Positions 12,002 to 24,839 of a stretch of DNA of 64,000 bases are shown here, one piece after another. Made by a program: the position numbers and the translations under genes. The stretch covers positions 1 to 64,000 of the forward strand of contig JAPEUG010000037.1 in the NCBI GenBank assembly GCA_026025795.1, in the 5' to 3' direction. The notes under the pieces are model-generated. The model did not search any database, was not told where the DNA came from, and saw only the letters and a program-made list of their open reading frames with translations. The stretch comes from Thelocarpon superellum. Lineage: Eukaryota. The first letter of the stretch is position 1, and each line of letters opens with the position of its first letter.

Positions 12002-12898
12002 GAAGTGCGAAGTGCGGTGGATCCCAGGAACAATGCTCCCGAATATCTTCGTCTCGCCCTCGCCAACAGAAACACAAAGGCGCTTGGATCACGGTCGGGC
12101 CTCGTCCCGAGGCAAGGGCTAGGCTTGCGTCCGAGTAGCTTCCTGCCCTGCTAGGCGACACATCGAAAGAGCAAAAGTTTCGGCTGAGCCTGGAGGGTCG
12201 AACTCCAGAGTCAGCGCATCGAAATCTCACATCTGAACGATCAGCTACCCAGTTGGCTAGGTGGGCATCTTTGGATATGAGGGTGTACGACCAGGGTCAA
12301 CCTCGGGTCGAGGGGGGTTGCTCTATTTCATGACCGAGGGCCGCCCTCGCCTTCGCAGAAGGGTGCGTCCGCAGATGCGATTAATCTCCAGCTGATCGAG
12401 GAATCGAACCGCGTGGTGGTGTAACCACTCGAGGACGTTACGCCTGCACCAGGGTGTCTGGAGCCTCAAGGAAGCGCAGTCGGAAGCAACACGTGCAAAA
12501 TGACGGACCTGACGCGGTTTCGCACGTCTTGCGATCGAGGTTTCGCTTACGGAGCCGACCTCGTCGTGGGCGAGAGGGAGACTCGATAACCGCGCCATCC
12601 TTCCAAGGACGGGGCGACGTCCGCTATTCGAGCCGAGGCGCCCCGTCGCCTCGCGTACCAGTCGTACCGGTCATCTTGCGTTGCGAGACGGCGGGAGCCA
12701 GGGTCTCGGGGGCTCTAGCCGGGGACCATGGCCGGGAAGGTCCGCCACTATCCCGCTGACATCATAGCTTGAATCGAGCCTTGAACGAGACCGGGATCCA
12801 GATCAAGCAATAGCTCGATCGATGTTGCCCCGCACCATGACCACCTTTCCAGACGAATATTTCGTCGAGCACGCCTACGCATTTCATTGTCGGATACC

Positions 12899-14715
12899 AT
12901 GCAGAACTTCTTACACAGAGCCCGTGCGGCCATTCAACCTCCATCCTCATCCTTTCCAGCCGCTGCCGGGGCACAACAGACCCTCAAGGCCGAAGACACG
13001 CCCTCGACCATCCAACCCCCTACGCTGTCCGACCTCTTCCGCTACCGATATCACCACGGAACCAATGTCGGCTCCATTTTCGTCCTCGAGCAATGGCTCT
13101 TCGGGAGCATGTTTGTCGAGGGCGCGGCGGGCGGGAGCGAATTCGACGCCGTTAATGCGTGCGTGACAGCGCAGAAGACATCGTGTGGGGCTATTCGAGC
13201 CCGGCTGACACCGTCTTGTCCAATCTAGCTCCCTGAATCGAAACGGGCTGGACGCGACCAAGCAGAAGTGGGAGCAGCACTGGGCCAGCGCGGTGACGGA
13301 TGACGACTGGGCCTGGCTGGTGAAGACGGCACGCTGTACGTCGACCATGCTCGGCACCCATTGACGGCCAGCTCAACAGCGCCAGGCACGACCATCCGCC
13401 TGCCCATTGGCTATTTCACCCTGGGCCCGGCCTATTGCGTCGGCACGCCCTTTGCCGTCTCCAACACCTCTCGGTCCGCCAGCACGCCCGCCCAGGTCTA
13501 CGAAGGCGCGTGGGCCGCTGTCACTCGTCTTGTGGCCGCGGCGCGCGCACGCGGCATCGGCGTCCTGCTCGATCTGCACGCCTTGCCCGGGGGCGCCAAT
13601 GCGGACGCCCACTCGGGTACAAGCAGCGGACACGTGGGCTTGTGGACGGACCGTAGCGCGCGCGAGCTGGCCACGCGCTGCGCCGTCTTCGTGGCGCAGG
13701 AGGCGCGCCAGATGGAGAACGTGGTGGGCGTGCAGCTGTGCAACGAGGCTGTCTACGGCGCCTCGGGGATGTATGACTGGTATGACGAGGTGCTCGCAGC
13801 GCTCTCCACCATCGACCCGACCATGCCCGTCTACATCTCAGACGCATGGGACCTCGGGGCCGCGCTGCGATACAGCACCGGTAGGAACGGCCCCTGGAGC
13901 CACACCAATCCCGTGGTGATCGACACGCATAAATACTACACCTTCGCCGATGCGGACAAGCAGCAGGCTCCACAGCAGATCATTGGGCGCGTGCGCGGCG
14001 AATTGCACGAGCTCGGGGGACACGAGGGCAATGTATTCGATCACGGCGCCGCGCAGGTCGTCGTGGGTGAGTATAGCTGCGTGCTGGATGAGCAGACATG
14101 GTCCACGATCGATGGCGGGCAGCGCGCGGCATTGATCCAGCACTTTGGCCGCGCGCAGAGCCAGCGGTGGCGGGAGAAGGCGGCGGGGAGCTACTTTTGG
14201 ACGCTCAAGATGGTATGTGACATTGCGACGGAGATTGTCGGCGAGGAAGAACTCATGCTGCATGCCAGAACTGGATGGACGGCGGCGAATGGGGCTTCGT
14301 CGCCCAGACAAAGTCCGGAGCCATCACTGCGCCGCCGTCGTTGCTTCTCCCTTCAGGCGCCCTCGCGACGAAGCTCAGCACGGCCCGATCTCAAGCAGTG
14401 GCGCTCAAAAGGTCGGCCGTCTCCAGCCACGCGCAGTATTGGACCTCCACCGCGCCCAACGCGAATTTCGAGCACTGGCGCTTCGAACAGGGCTGGGACG
14501 TGGGATTCGCCGATGCCATGGCCTTCTTCGCCATGCGTGTCGAGCACACGGACGCAGTGGGGGGAGCAGGCGATGGCGCAGACACCATCGGATTGCTAGA
14601 TCTCTGGGTCCGACGACGCATACAAGATAGTGGCATGGGAGGCGCGCTTGTGTGGGAGTTTGAGCAGGGGCTGCGTCAGGGCGTGGCCGAATTCTACACC
14701 GTCGTTGGTGCCTGA
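12899..14715 (+). CDS. Glycoside hydrolase family 5, glucan 1,3-beta-glucosidase-like (YBR056W-like, no signal peptide)
   Basis: Motifs [35 protein letters not shown], acid/base CNEA, IDTHKYY, nucleophile VVGEYS, and GSYFWT. Introns 13159..13228, 13336..13385 and 14213..14268 keep the frame. Confidence 0.9.
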
Positions 14716-14754
14716 GAGACCGGCCATGTCTCTGATGTACAGCAGTGATCTGAT

Positions 14755-17700
14755 TCAGGCGTAGGCAGCCCATCCTGTTGCGTCGCCATTAGCCATGATA
14801 TCACTGCCCTCGAGAGAAGGAGCAACGTACCGCAGTAGAGCACCGCCAAGTTGCGCTCGTCAGTGGCCTGCTGGATCAGCTCGTTCACAGTGGCGGTGAC
14901 GCTCAGGGTCTTGGATAGCTTCTTGGCCACGATGGTGAGAGCGCGATCGGCTTCGCTCGGCTCGTTGCTCTCGCGCTTGGAGTCGCTCTTCCTCGACTCG
15001 CCCCGGGACGAGATGGCTGCCTCCGCGTCCTCCGCCACCGCCGAGACCGCCGAGACCTCCGACCCGTCGTCTTGGGGCGCGAGCTGCCGCTTGACGCGCA
15101 AGGGCGACACCGTCCAGCTGTAGAGCGGATCGTAGCGGAGCACGTCGAGGATGGTCATGATGCTGTACGCTTCCTTGCGCAGCGCATCCAGCGTGAACTC
15201 GCAACAGCGGCGGAAGACGCCCTCGGTCTTGGTGATGCCCATGCCGTCCACCACGTCGCGCGTGAGGCGGAAGGGCACCACCTCCGGCACCGGCAGCACA
15301 CGGCCTTGCTCGAACGCGACGCCCAGGTCGATGTGCACCACCTCGCCCGTCTCTTCATCCAGCAGGATGTTGTGTCCGTGCCGGTCTCCCAACCCGAGCA
15401 CGTGGCCCAAGATCGAGATGGCCGCCGTGCTACGGCTGTAGGCCAGCCGTCTCTCGAACCACTCCGTCGGGCTGTCGAACCGCTCCATGAAGAAGTATCG
15501 CATCACCGGGTGGAAGTGCTCGGTGACTTGTCGGTACGTCTGCACACGGACGTCCGTGCTCTTGCTCTGCACCTCGGCGATCGCTTTCCGACACGTCGGC
15601 GACTTCCAGTCCTTGGGGAAGTGCTTCTGGTGCGCCGGCATCAGGTAGTCGTGCAGCGGGATTGTGTTGGGCACAAACTCGATGATGCCCGCGTTGGTCG
15701 TCAGCGGGAGCACTCGGTACGTGCGGATCGCGAGCTGGCGCTGCCGGGTGGATCGATCGCCCTGCAGGAGCTGGCTCACGCGATCGAAAACTTGCTCCAT
15801 GATGGCGTCCTGCCGGAGGTCATCGTTGCCGCCTTTGACCAGCTGCTTGTAGCGCACGCCGTCCGATGCCACGGCCGTCACGATCTTGGGCGCGCTGACG
15901 CCACTGGCGAGGGTGAAATCGGGCTGGAACTTGGCAATGATGGGCACTCCACCGTAGTCGAGATCCGCCCGTAGCTCCACCTTCATCGTCGGCGGCGGGA
16001 TCTTGCACGCCACTACATCCTGCTCGAGCCGGTGGCCCATCTGGGTCTTGCGCAGCGGCACGCGCGAGCCGGATTTGTACTTGTCCTCGAGCTTCTCGCC
16101 CGCCACGCGGGCGTAGCAGACGCTGGCGTTGTGAATCGAGAGCCAGTTTTTCGACGCCCGTCCGTCCCGTTTCAGCATCGAGACCATTCGCGTGGCGGCC
16201 CCGTGTCGTGACGCCGACATGTCGTCCTTACCTTTGCTCTTGCTGGTGGAGAAGATCTGGTACATGCCATGGTAAGGATGGTCGATGCAGATCCGGAGCA
16301 CCAGGGGGAACAACAGCCGCTGGAAGTCGTCCGGTGCGTCGAGCAGGCGCGAGCAGAGCTGATTGATCAACGGCGCAAATTTGCGGCTCGGCACGTCCTT
16401 CAGATAGCGGGCGACGGCTTTGTTGGCCAAGCTGCTGTCCGACTGTTCCAGCCACAGGGCGCAGAATCGAAGGGCGTCGTTGTCGAACGTTTCGCACGCC
16501 TTCAGACAGAGCAGATAGTTCTCCAAACTCTGCCGCAGGAAGGCTTGTCGACTCTCATGCAGGCGTTGGTACTCGCGGTCGTCCAGATCGAACCACTGCT
16601 TGGCACGATTGCGATGCAGCTGCAGATGACTCTTTTGCTGTGACGCCGCGCCTTTGTACATCTCCTCGAGGTCCCGCACCTCGCTCGCTTTGCGCTCCCG
16701 TAGGCGCTGCACGCGATGATAGTCCTCGAGATTATCGGCATCTTGCAATTGTCGATCGCAGAAGGACGCAAACTCGTGAAAGACCTGCCCAGCTTCGTCG
16801 CCGCTTGACACGCCTTTCAGCTCCTTGATGGCTGGCAAGAGATAGCGCGAGATGATCTCGTCAGGCTTCTCTAACCGTGCCTGGGAGATTTGATGCCCCT
16901 GTCATCACTCAGCATGCAGTCTCGCGCGCAAGTGCAATCCCACGTACCAGTTTGGCCAGCAGCTCCGGTTTGCCCACGTGGAGGGTCTGGCGTCGGAGGT
17001 CATGGTGTTCATTTACATCTTGCAATATGCGGATCGATGCCGTCATCTCGCCCTGGTCCCAGAGCACGTTGGCAATCTCATTCTGAGCGGCCGCGGTGAT
17101 GTGAACTCCCGCCGTGCTGCAAGATTCGACGAGGGTGGAGAGGTACGTGGCAGCCGTGAGCGAGGACTGCAGCGCGCCATGCTTTCGGCCGATTTGAGAG
17201 GACTCAAGCAAGGAACGAATCTCGAGCTCGCAAACCTCTGCTGGACCCGTCTGAGTCAGATCTTGCAGGGCCGGGCGTCGAACGAGCGAACCAAAGACCG
17301 TCTCGCGAGCAGAGAGGATCTGGCTAACGTCCTCGAATCTAGATCACGATCCATTCCGTCAGCCCCTGATCATCACGGAAGGACGGCCGGGGACCGCGAA
17401 CCTTCCCGTTGCCATCCAGTCACTTCGCGCGTGCATGCGCGTCCAGCTCTCGCGCAGCTGCGTGGCATTCGTGGCAGACAAAACGTCATTTGCTTCCGTC
17501 AGCACTGCTAAAGCGCGGAGCAGGGACTGCATCGACGATCCCGTCTCTCCTCCCGCCATCATCTGGCGCATGATACCCAGCACCCCTTGATCGAGCTTCG
17601 CGCGAAGCACCTGCTGGTCTGCGGTGTTGTTGATGCTCTGGAACGTGCGGTACACCGTCGCTTCTTCGCCGCGACAGGTCAAGGGTACGGGCAGATCCCA

Positions 17701-20700
17701 CTGTGCCAGCTTTCTCGCCGATCGGTACATGTCCTCCATGCCATCGAGCCCAAGTGGGACGCTATGATGGCCGCGGAGAAGAGAGAGAGATAGCGTATTG
17801 AGATCGAGATTGCGGAGCGCCTGCACTGTGTCGCTAAGACCTGCCTCATGCTGTCCATCGGCCCGACGTGTGCGACTGTCCTCGTGAGCGCCTCGAAAGG
17901 TCAAGCTCTTGAACCCGTCTTTTTCGTAGTCCAGTCGGGCCATGATCGAGGATAGACTCGAGCGCTTCTGGACGCCGTAGTATGAATCCGGGTCATCAAG
18001 GTTGGTATAGATCTCGAGCAAGAGATCCGAAGGTTCCTTGGTCTTCACGTGAGAAGATCTGCGGCTGGCGCGAGCAGCCTCAGACGCTTCGATCTCCACG
18101 AACAGAAGGGCCGTTTTGAAGAGCCGACAACGGACAGCAGACTGGGCAGCGTCGCCATAGTGTACGTCCAACCAACGTTCGCGACCCGCCTGCGATGTCT
18201 CGCCGGGCACAGGCTGAGTACGGAGATAGAGGAGCGCCGTGAGCAGTGCCTGGACCTGGGAAAGCACATTGTCGCCGGGGTTACGAAGCCAGTCGCGAAG
18301 CCGCTCCGAGATCGTCTCTCGTAGCCGGGCGGGCCGTTCCAGGTCACGGAGGAGAACGATGTGAAGAATGTACGGGAACATTCGCTGCGCTAGGCCAGCG
18401 ACGCGGGAGAGGATGGGAGGTAAGGCGCCCACGACGGCATCGTCGGTCGCGGCATAGGCCAGGCTGATGCAGACATCTTGCAGCCAAAGGTCCACAGGGC
18501 CACCATCTTGACCTTTCATCGCCTCCGATATGGGTCGTCGGGCGGGCCAGGTCAGATGCGTGGCCGGCACCTGCATCCCGTTCCATTGAAAGCTGATCAA
18601 CAGGGACGGCGACAAAATCTCGATGCATTCTGACATCTCCTCGGGCTCCACAAGACGCGAAACGATGTCCTGCAGGGTCTGCTCCGCCAGCCCAACCTCG
18701 AGGCGTCCATCGCCGAGCAGGACATCACCCAGGAGCTGCAGGATTGCCGCCTTGGAGCCCGAGGGGTGAGCCAATGCGGCATCTGCTACCGCCCCGGACG
18801 GCGTCAGGTCGGATTCGGGGAGCATGGCCGTTGGGACCTGGCCAGTAGAGGCAAAGGCACGTCCCAGCACCCTCCCGGCCCAGGATAGATAGCCGTCACC
18901 GACGCTGGCCTGGCGACACGATCGCCATGTTGTGATGGCGTAGGCACTCGCAGCTTCGTCACTGCCACAGATGTCGTCCCGATACGACGGCGGGCCCTCG
19001 AAGTTCTGGCAGACGAAGGCAAAGGCCAAATCGTGTGCAGGTCGATTCAGCAAGCGTCGTCCGCTACGCTCGTCGTCAAGGAGCTCCCGCAACAGACGGC
19101 CCTCGTCGGTCCCAGCGGATGCTTTGCCATGGCCCTGACCACCGATTGCCGTCTTCAGCATGGTCTTGAGAGCGATCTCGCTCTCACCAGTGAGGTGGGG
19201 TGAATCATAGGCGTGGAGATATTCGCTAAACCAATCCTGGAATGAACGTGCATGCTCGAGCGTCGTCTGCATTGATGTCCCGGTGGCAGAACCATTTCGA
19301 GGAGCCTCGAGCAAAGCCCGAAGCCGGGCCAGGATCGACAGCGAAACGCCAGCGACGAAGGAGGGCACCTGTGAGAGATAGGGGGATCCCGCACGAAATA
19401 GATACTGGATGAGCCCAATCGCATCATCCGCACAATGAGGGTCAGCCACAAAGGGCTGCAGGGAATGGAGTAGCACCTCCAGGGGATACGCTTCTAGAAT
19501 GTTGACGCCGGCGATGCAGACCAGAATCCGAATTCGTCGAAGGACGGAGCAGCTATGTAACGATCCGAGCGCCGGATGGACTGAATCCAGCAGCTCACGC
19601 AAGATGAAAGCTAAGAGCGCCGGGGTCCAGATCTGGGAGACATCGTGCTTGGTGCGGCGGCACAGGTGAAGAATCTCGTCGAGCAGATATCGTGCCCGGA
19701 AAGAAGGCTGCTGATTAGCCGGCAGCACGGAGCGGGAGGAGCTGATGTCAATGATTTCGCGCATCACCATCGCAGCGTACGCGAACTGGGGACGCTTGGC
19801 AAAGGCTCGTTCAATCTGATCCTCCTGATCGATGCAGCGGAAGAATAGGGCCAGGGTGCGAGCAAAGTGATGGGAGACCTGCTCTAGAAAGCGTTCTGTG
19901 CCTAGGCGTTTGCGAACTCGAACCTCTCCGCCCACATATTGCCTGGGTTCTCCAACGGGAGGCAGGCTGATGTCTCGAGCGACGCTGTATGCCATGATCT
20001 TATCGAAAGATTGTATTACCACCTCCTCCACCGAGATCTCTAGGGATTCCGCTAAGAGCCGAAGGTGGTCATCGTTTCCGCGCATCACTAGCTGACCCGC
20101 GGCCTCATCTTGAATGTCTTTTAGCAGGTGAGGGAGCGAGTCATAGCCGACAACGGCAAAGGGGAGCGAATGTAGCGACTGCGTTTCGAGCCAGGTGTAG
20201 ATGATTTGAGGCAGGAATAGGTGAAACAGCTCTTGCACCCGAGGCAGATGCAAGGCGGTGGCAACATCAGACAGGCATCTTGTGGCGTGTCCAGTCGCAT
20301 CGGGAATGAGTCCGGCCGTCTCGACGAGATGATAGACGCTGCGACGCAACAGGGTATACCATGAGGACGCGAGACGGGCGAGCACGAGCAAGCGGAGCGC
20401 GATGCCCGCCTTCCAGTCAGCGTCGCGCGGCAAACTTAGGAGCACTTCCTCGAAGGTTGCCTCGTGCTGATGGAAATCGAAGAGGGCGAACACGTTGGCG
20501 ATCTGCTCGGCCAAGTGGAATTTCACCGAGACGTCGCCATCGTGGAGAACCTTGAAAAGGCTTGTTCGTACCGAGGAGCATGAGGAGCCTCGTTTGACGT
20601 AGTCGGGCGCCACCGCCAGCAGCCCTTGTAGCAAGTCGGCGATCTTCATCAAGGCACGAGAGGATGCCAGACCGTTGGCAAGCGCCACATCGATGAACCA

Positions 20701-23700
20701 TTCGTACAAGGACTCGCTCGTTTCCGCTAGATCATCCGTCGCGTCGCTTGACCACATGTGAGCCAGACCAGCCATGGCGTCCAGGCAGAGACCCATGGAG
20801 AGCTCGCACCGGTCGTATTCGTACGACTGGAGATACTCCTGCCCCAGATGAACCAGCAAGCGGTCGGCGCACGGTCGATCGAGAATCTGCTTCTCTTCGC
20901 AGACGTCTCTCACCAGGCTGCGGCACGCTAGCAGTTCATGTGCTGGCAAAGAGGTCAAATACTCCACCAGCGGAGGACCAGATTCTCCATCTGCTAGCAG
21001 GTGGAGGTGTGCCGAGGTGACATGGCGAAAGGTACAGACACTGGCTCGGGCCGTCACATCGTCCCTGACAAGGTCTCCGCGGAGCGCATCCGTTGCAAAG
21101 CGACTTCCTTGCGACTCGAAATCGTCGTCCAGATCCATCTCTAGGGTGCCATCATGATGCAACGCATCTTGCTCCACGTTGCGGCGTTCGTCCAATGCTT
21201 GCGTCAATCGCTTGACGATCCCTTTGACCAGGCACGGGGCCGCAGGCCGCCTTCTTTCGCCTGGGATGGCGCGCTCGGGCACAAAGGGCGCAACGACCTC
21301 CAGCACTGCGTCCACAAGTGACTGGTCACATCGCTGGCTCGACAGGAAGGATGTCAAGGCACGTGTGAGGGCTTCGGTCTGGCGAAGCAGGTCGCGGGTT
21401 GCTCGAGCCTTTGACTCTTGGGCGCCCGAGACCAGCGACTCGCCAAGGATACAGATCGCCGTCAGCGTGCGTAGCATATCGGCGTTGATGTGGGATACAT
21501 GCTCAGCTGCGAAGGTCAACCAGGCTCGCTGGGCGCGTTCGAACTCCAGCGCGCAGAACTCCGCGATGACGGCATCGTTGTGCTCCAGGAATGAGCTAGT
21601 CTCGTAAAGGTCACCATCTCCCGACAGCTCCTTCCGCGGCCCCTCCTCGGGGCTGTTCTCCAAAGGATCAAGCAGGAGGAGATAGCGGGCCAGCTTCTCG
21701 TTTTCGCAATGGAATTGCCAGGCCTGAGCCAGTGGCCCATAGCCGGGGGCGGCGCTAGATGGAAGAAACGGTGCGGTGCGGCCTGTGCAGATCGACAGTA
21801 AATCCAACATGGCCGTTGGCTTACCAGCGTGCGCGTAGAGAGACGCAGCCGATCGGTCGGTCAATTTGGAGGGGTTCCATCGCTCAAACAGCCATTGAAG
21901 AATCCGCTCCGAAGCTGCGCGGGCCATTTTGGGATTCTCGCGCCAGATGGTGTCGAGCCAGGCGATCCAGAAGGACACTGCGGTATCGGTCAAGCTGGCT
22001 GGACCGCGCGCGTCGGCCGAAGAGGTCATCCACTCGCCGAGAGGGGCGATGCAATTATATGTCACCAGACCGGCCCGAATTAAGATCTCCATTAGCTGGC
22101 ATGAAGCACGACATGTCGAAGGCGAGTTTGCGTTGCCTTCGGCGAGCTCCCAAATGCGCGGCCAGGCCGAGACCACGTCGCCGTGATGGGCGGCACGTTG
22201 GAAGGCACAGCTATAACAGGTCGACGATTAGCCATAGTAGATAAGGCGTATCCGCGTGAAAGGAGGAGATGGCTCACCTTGACAAGGCTAACGTGGCCCA
22301 CGAGGAGATGGTGCTATTATCATCCCGTACCGCCGACATCAGCTGCTCCGTCAGGGTGTGTAGTTCCTCGACGCCAAATATCCGTGCCTGCATAAGAAAT
22401 GGGACGATTTGCAGGGAGCACAAGCTTGGAGAGGGCCCAAGACGAAGCCCGCCGTGGAGCAGGTCGTCGACATGGGGATTCATGCGACGTCTCTTCGCTG
22501 GCGCATCTGAATCCGCGCTCGGCGAGCCTCGTATGTCGAGGAGTACCGCCAGCACAGCCATGATGTGCAATATGACCCACGCCTGTTCGGATCTCGATGG
22601 ACTTTGCAGATACATGATGGGCAAATGTAGGGGATTGTGGAAGCCGGAGACCGGCCGGGCGACGTCCAAGCCAACATCATCCAGCAACAGTTGCTCTCGA
22701 TCCAGCCGCTTGACATAGTCGGTATGAAGCAGCTCCAACAAGGCCTCAAGGTCGGAGGCGAGATCGATCTCGTCACGTTGGCGGATCATGTGCTCGAGGT
22801 ATGTCTGTGCGTGGATCAAGGCGATGAGGATCTCGTCCTTGAGAGCGGTCGATCTCGTACCCCACAGCCGGCGCAGGATGGGCAGTAGGTCTCTGATGGT
22901 CTGCTCCGTCAGGGATAGATAGTCCGCCGCGATGAGGCGCAGTGTGGCGTTGATCGCGACCAGGGCGGGCTGGTGAGCGCGACCGACTTGGGGGTGGCGA
23001 AAGAAGTGCAGGAGGGTGGTCAGAATCAGCTGCGCTGTACCGGCGGTCGGCAGCTTCTGGGCCCGTAGTAGTTGCCCTATAGCTACGACTAGTTCCTCGA
23101 CGATCATCTTGGCATGAGGCTTGGACTCGCTCGAGGAGCGCGCCGTCGAGACCGAGGAGAGCGTGCCATTGGAGGCAGCGGGCGGGAGAGCTGCGTCGCT
23201 GCCGCCATCATGTAGGCTGATACCCTCACCGCAGAATTCAACGAGCCATTGCCACTCCTCGGCCGCGAGGTGCTCGACGTGAGGCGCAAAGTCCAGGAGG
23301 GCACGCAACGCCTTGAGATAGTCGAGACAAAGAGGTTCACAGAAGCCGCGCCCGGCAATAGGCAGAGTCTGCGTGATGTGGTCGGTGAGGGCTTTGACGG
23401 TCTTCTGTTTGAGCTTCCGCACACCCGCCTCAACGGCCAGCCGGACGAGGGCGGCCGCGGCGGCAAGGCGGGTGGCGGCCTGGCTCTTGACATTCGCCTT
23501 GGTGGCCTTGGCATAGGCCGACTTTTCGGCGGCAACGGCACGGAACAAGGCCTCATAGACCTTGTGATAGGCCTTGTCATTGAGTAGCTCCCTACCGTGG
23601 CAATGATCAGCCGGGAGATAGAAACAGTGCCGGACACCTGATGGTCCTGCACTCACAGTCGGTCACCACGGCGGCTTTGGGTCAAGATGTGTCGCAGGTC

Positions 23701-23900
23701 TACGCCTCATCAGCCTCGATTTTTTCTATGAGTCATGGGGCTGGGGCAAGAACGTACCCACGAGGCCTTCATTCCGTTCCTTGAGTCTCTCTGAGCGCAC
23801 CTTTTCTGTGCAAGATATCAGAGCTGCCCAATCCCGCGTGAAGAGGATGGGCGTGGCGTGTGGCCTCACCGATGGCTTCGTTGACGGAAACGTCGCCCAT
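14755..23900 (-). CDS. TEL1: Serine/threonine kinase Tel1/ATM (PIKK)
   Basis: N-terminal TAN-like motif ([13 protein letters not shown]), FAT region, PIKK kinase ([39 protein letters not shown]) and FATC end (LAVLYCGWAAYA*). Predicted introns 23869..23806, 23757..23700, 23656..23592, 22277..22211, 17401..17339, 16947..16899, 14830..14775. Confidence 0.95.
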
Positions 23901-24755
23901 GGTCAATGGGATATGAGAGGAGACGGGATGCAGGATGAGACAGGGATGACTTTCCACATCATGGAGATGATGCAATGACACAGTTTCTTTCAACGAGAGG
24001 ATGGGAGGATCTCGGCCTCAGCAACAACGAATCCGGCATTGGGCGTGCACGAAGACGACAATGACCCGGCCGATCCAGGTTGGACATGGCCGTGGGCGTG
24101 CTAGCTGGTTACCTGAACTGCTAGCGATTTTTTTCATATGTTCCGGATTGCATCCATTTCTCGTCTCGATTCCTCTACCGAGGAGGTAGATGTTGAATAC
24201 GGGCAGGCTCTGGCTGGCTGTAGATCGAAGCCAACTTCTACGCAGGTCTCTTACGAGGCTGCTCGGGCGAGCTCTGCGGTGTTCAACGTCCGTGTTGAAG
24301 CACTCTGTGGCCGCGTGGGCCGCCGTATGCTTGAGCCCCTCATCCGCATAGCCCGTCGTAACATTAATGTTAACATATGTTATTGCATCAACCATCCACG
24401 TTCACAAGCGATAATTTTGGACAGGGGACCTGGAGGTTCTCGCTTACCGGCATATGTGGCAAGCTGCCTTGAAGACCACCGGCCAGGGGCCTTAACTGGA
24501 GCGGGTCCAGTCCAAGCCTACTGCGTCCCTAGGCTCCAGCCGACCTGGCCGCAATGCAGGGGGATTTGCCCCAAGCTTGTGGAGACTCGGGTGCGTCACT
24601 CGCTGCTCGCCACTCGTTACCGGCGCTCAATCCTTGTTTTGCAGGGGCCCGATTGCCCCGCGTCTTGACCCCGGCCAGCGGGTGCAAGGCAGCAATGTTG
24701 ATGAAATCGCAGAAAAGGTGCGCTGGTCATCAACGGATGAGAAGCACCATCGACG

Positions 24756-24792
24756 TGACCGGAATGACCTGAATGACCGGAATGACCTGAAT
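24756..24792. repeat. 9-bp tandem repeat TGACC(G/T)GAA x4
   Basis: Alternating TGACCGGAA/TGACCTGAA units just upstream of the F-box gene. Confidence 0.9.
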
Positions 24793-24839
24793 TCACGGGT
24801 GACCAGCGTCCCGGACCGTACCTCTTGTATGACGCAACG

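Noticed and set aside
11937..12230. N-terminal extension of the MFS ORF (584 aa in the track)
   Set aside because: It begins at a non-ATG codon and runs through a 7-bp repeat; ATG 11936 gives a normal-length DHA2 protein.
10476..14715. MFS transporter + GH5 pair as part of a secondary-metabolite or catabolic cluster
   Set aside because: No backbone enzyme, tailoring enzymes or pathway transcription factor nearby; flanks are housekeeping genes.
24138..24668. 176-aa ORF in the TEL1-SAF1 intergenic region
   Set aside because: No recognisable domain, and codon use is unlike neighbouring genes.
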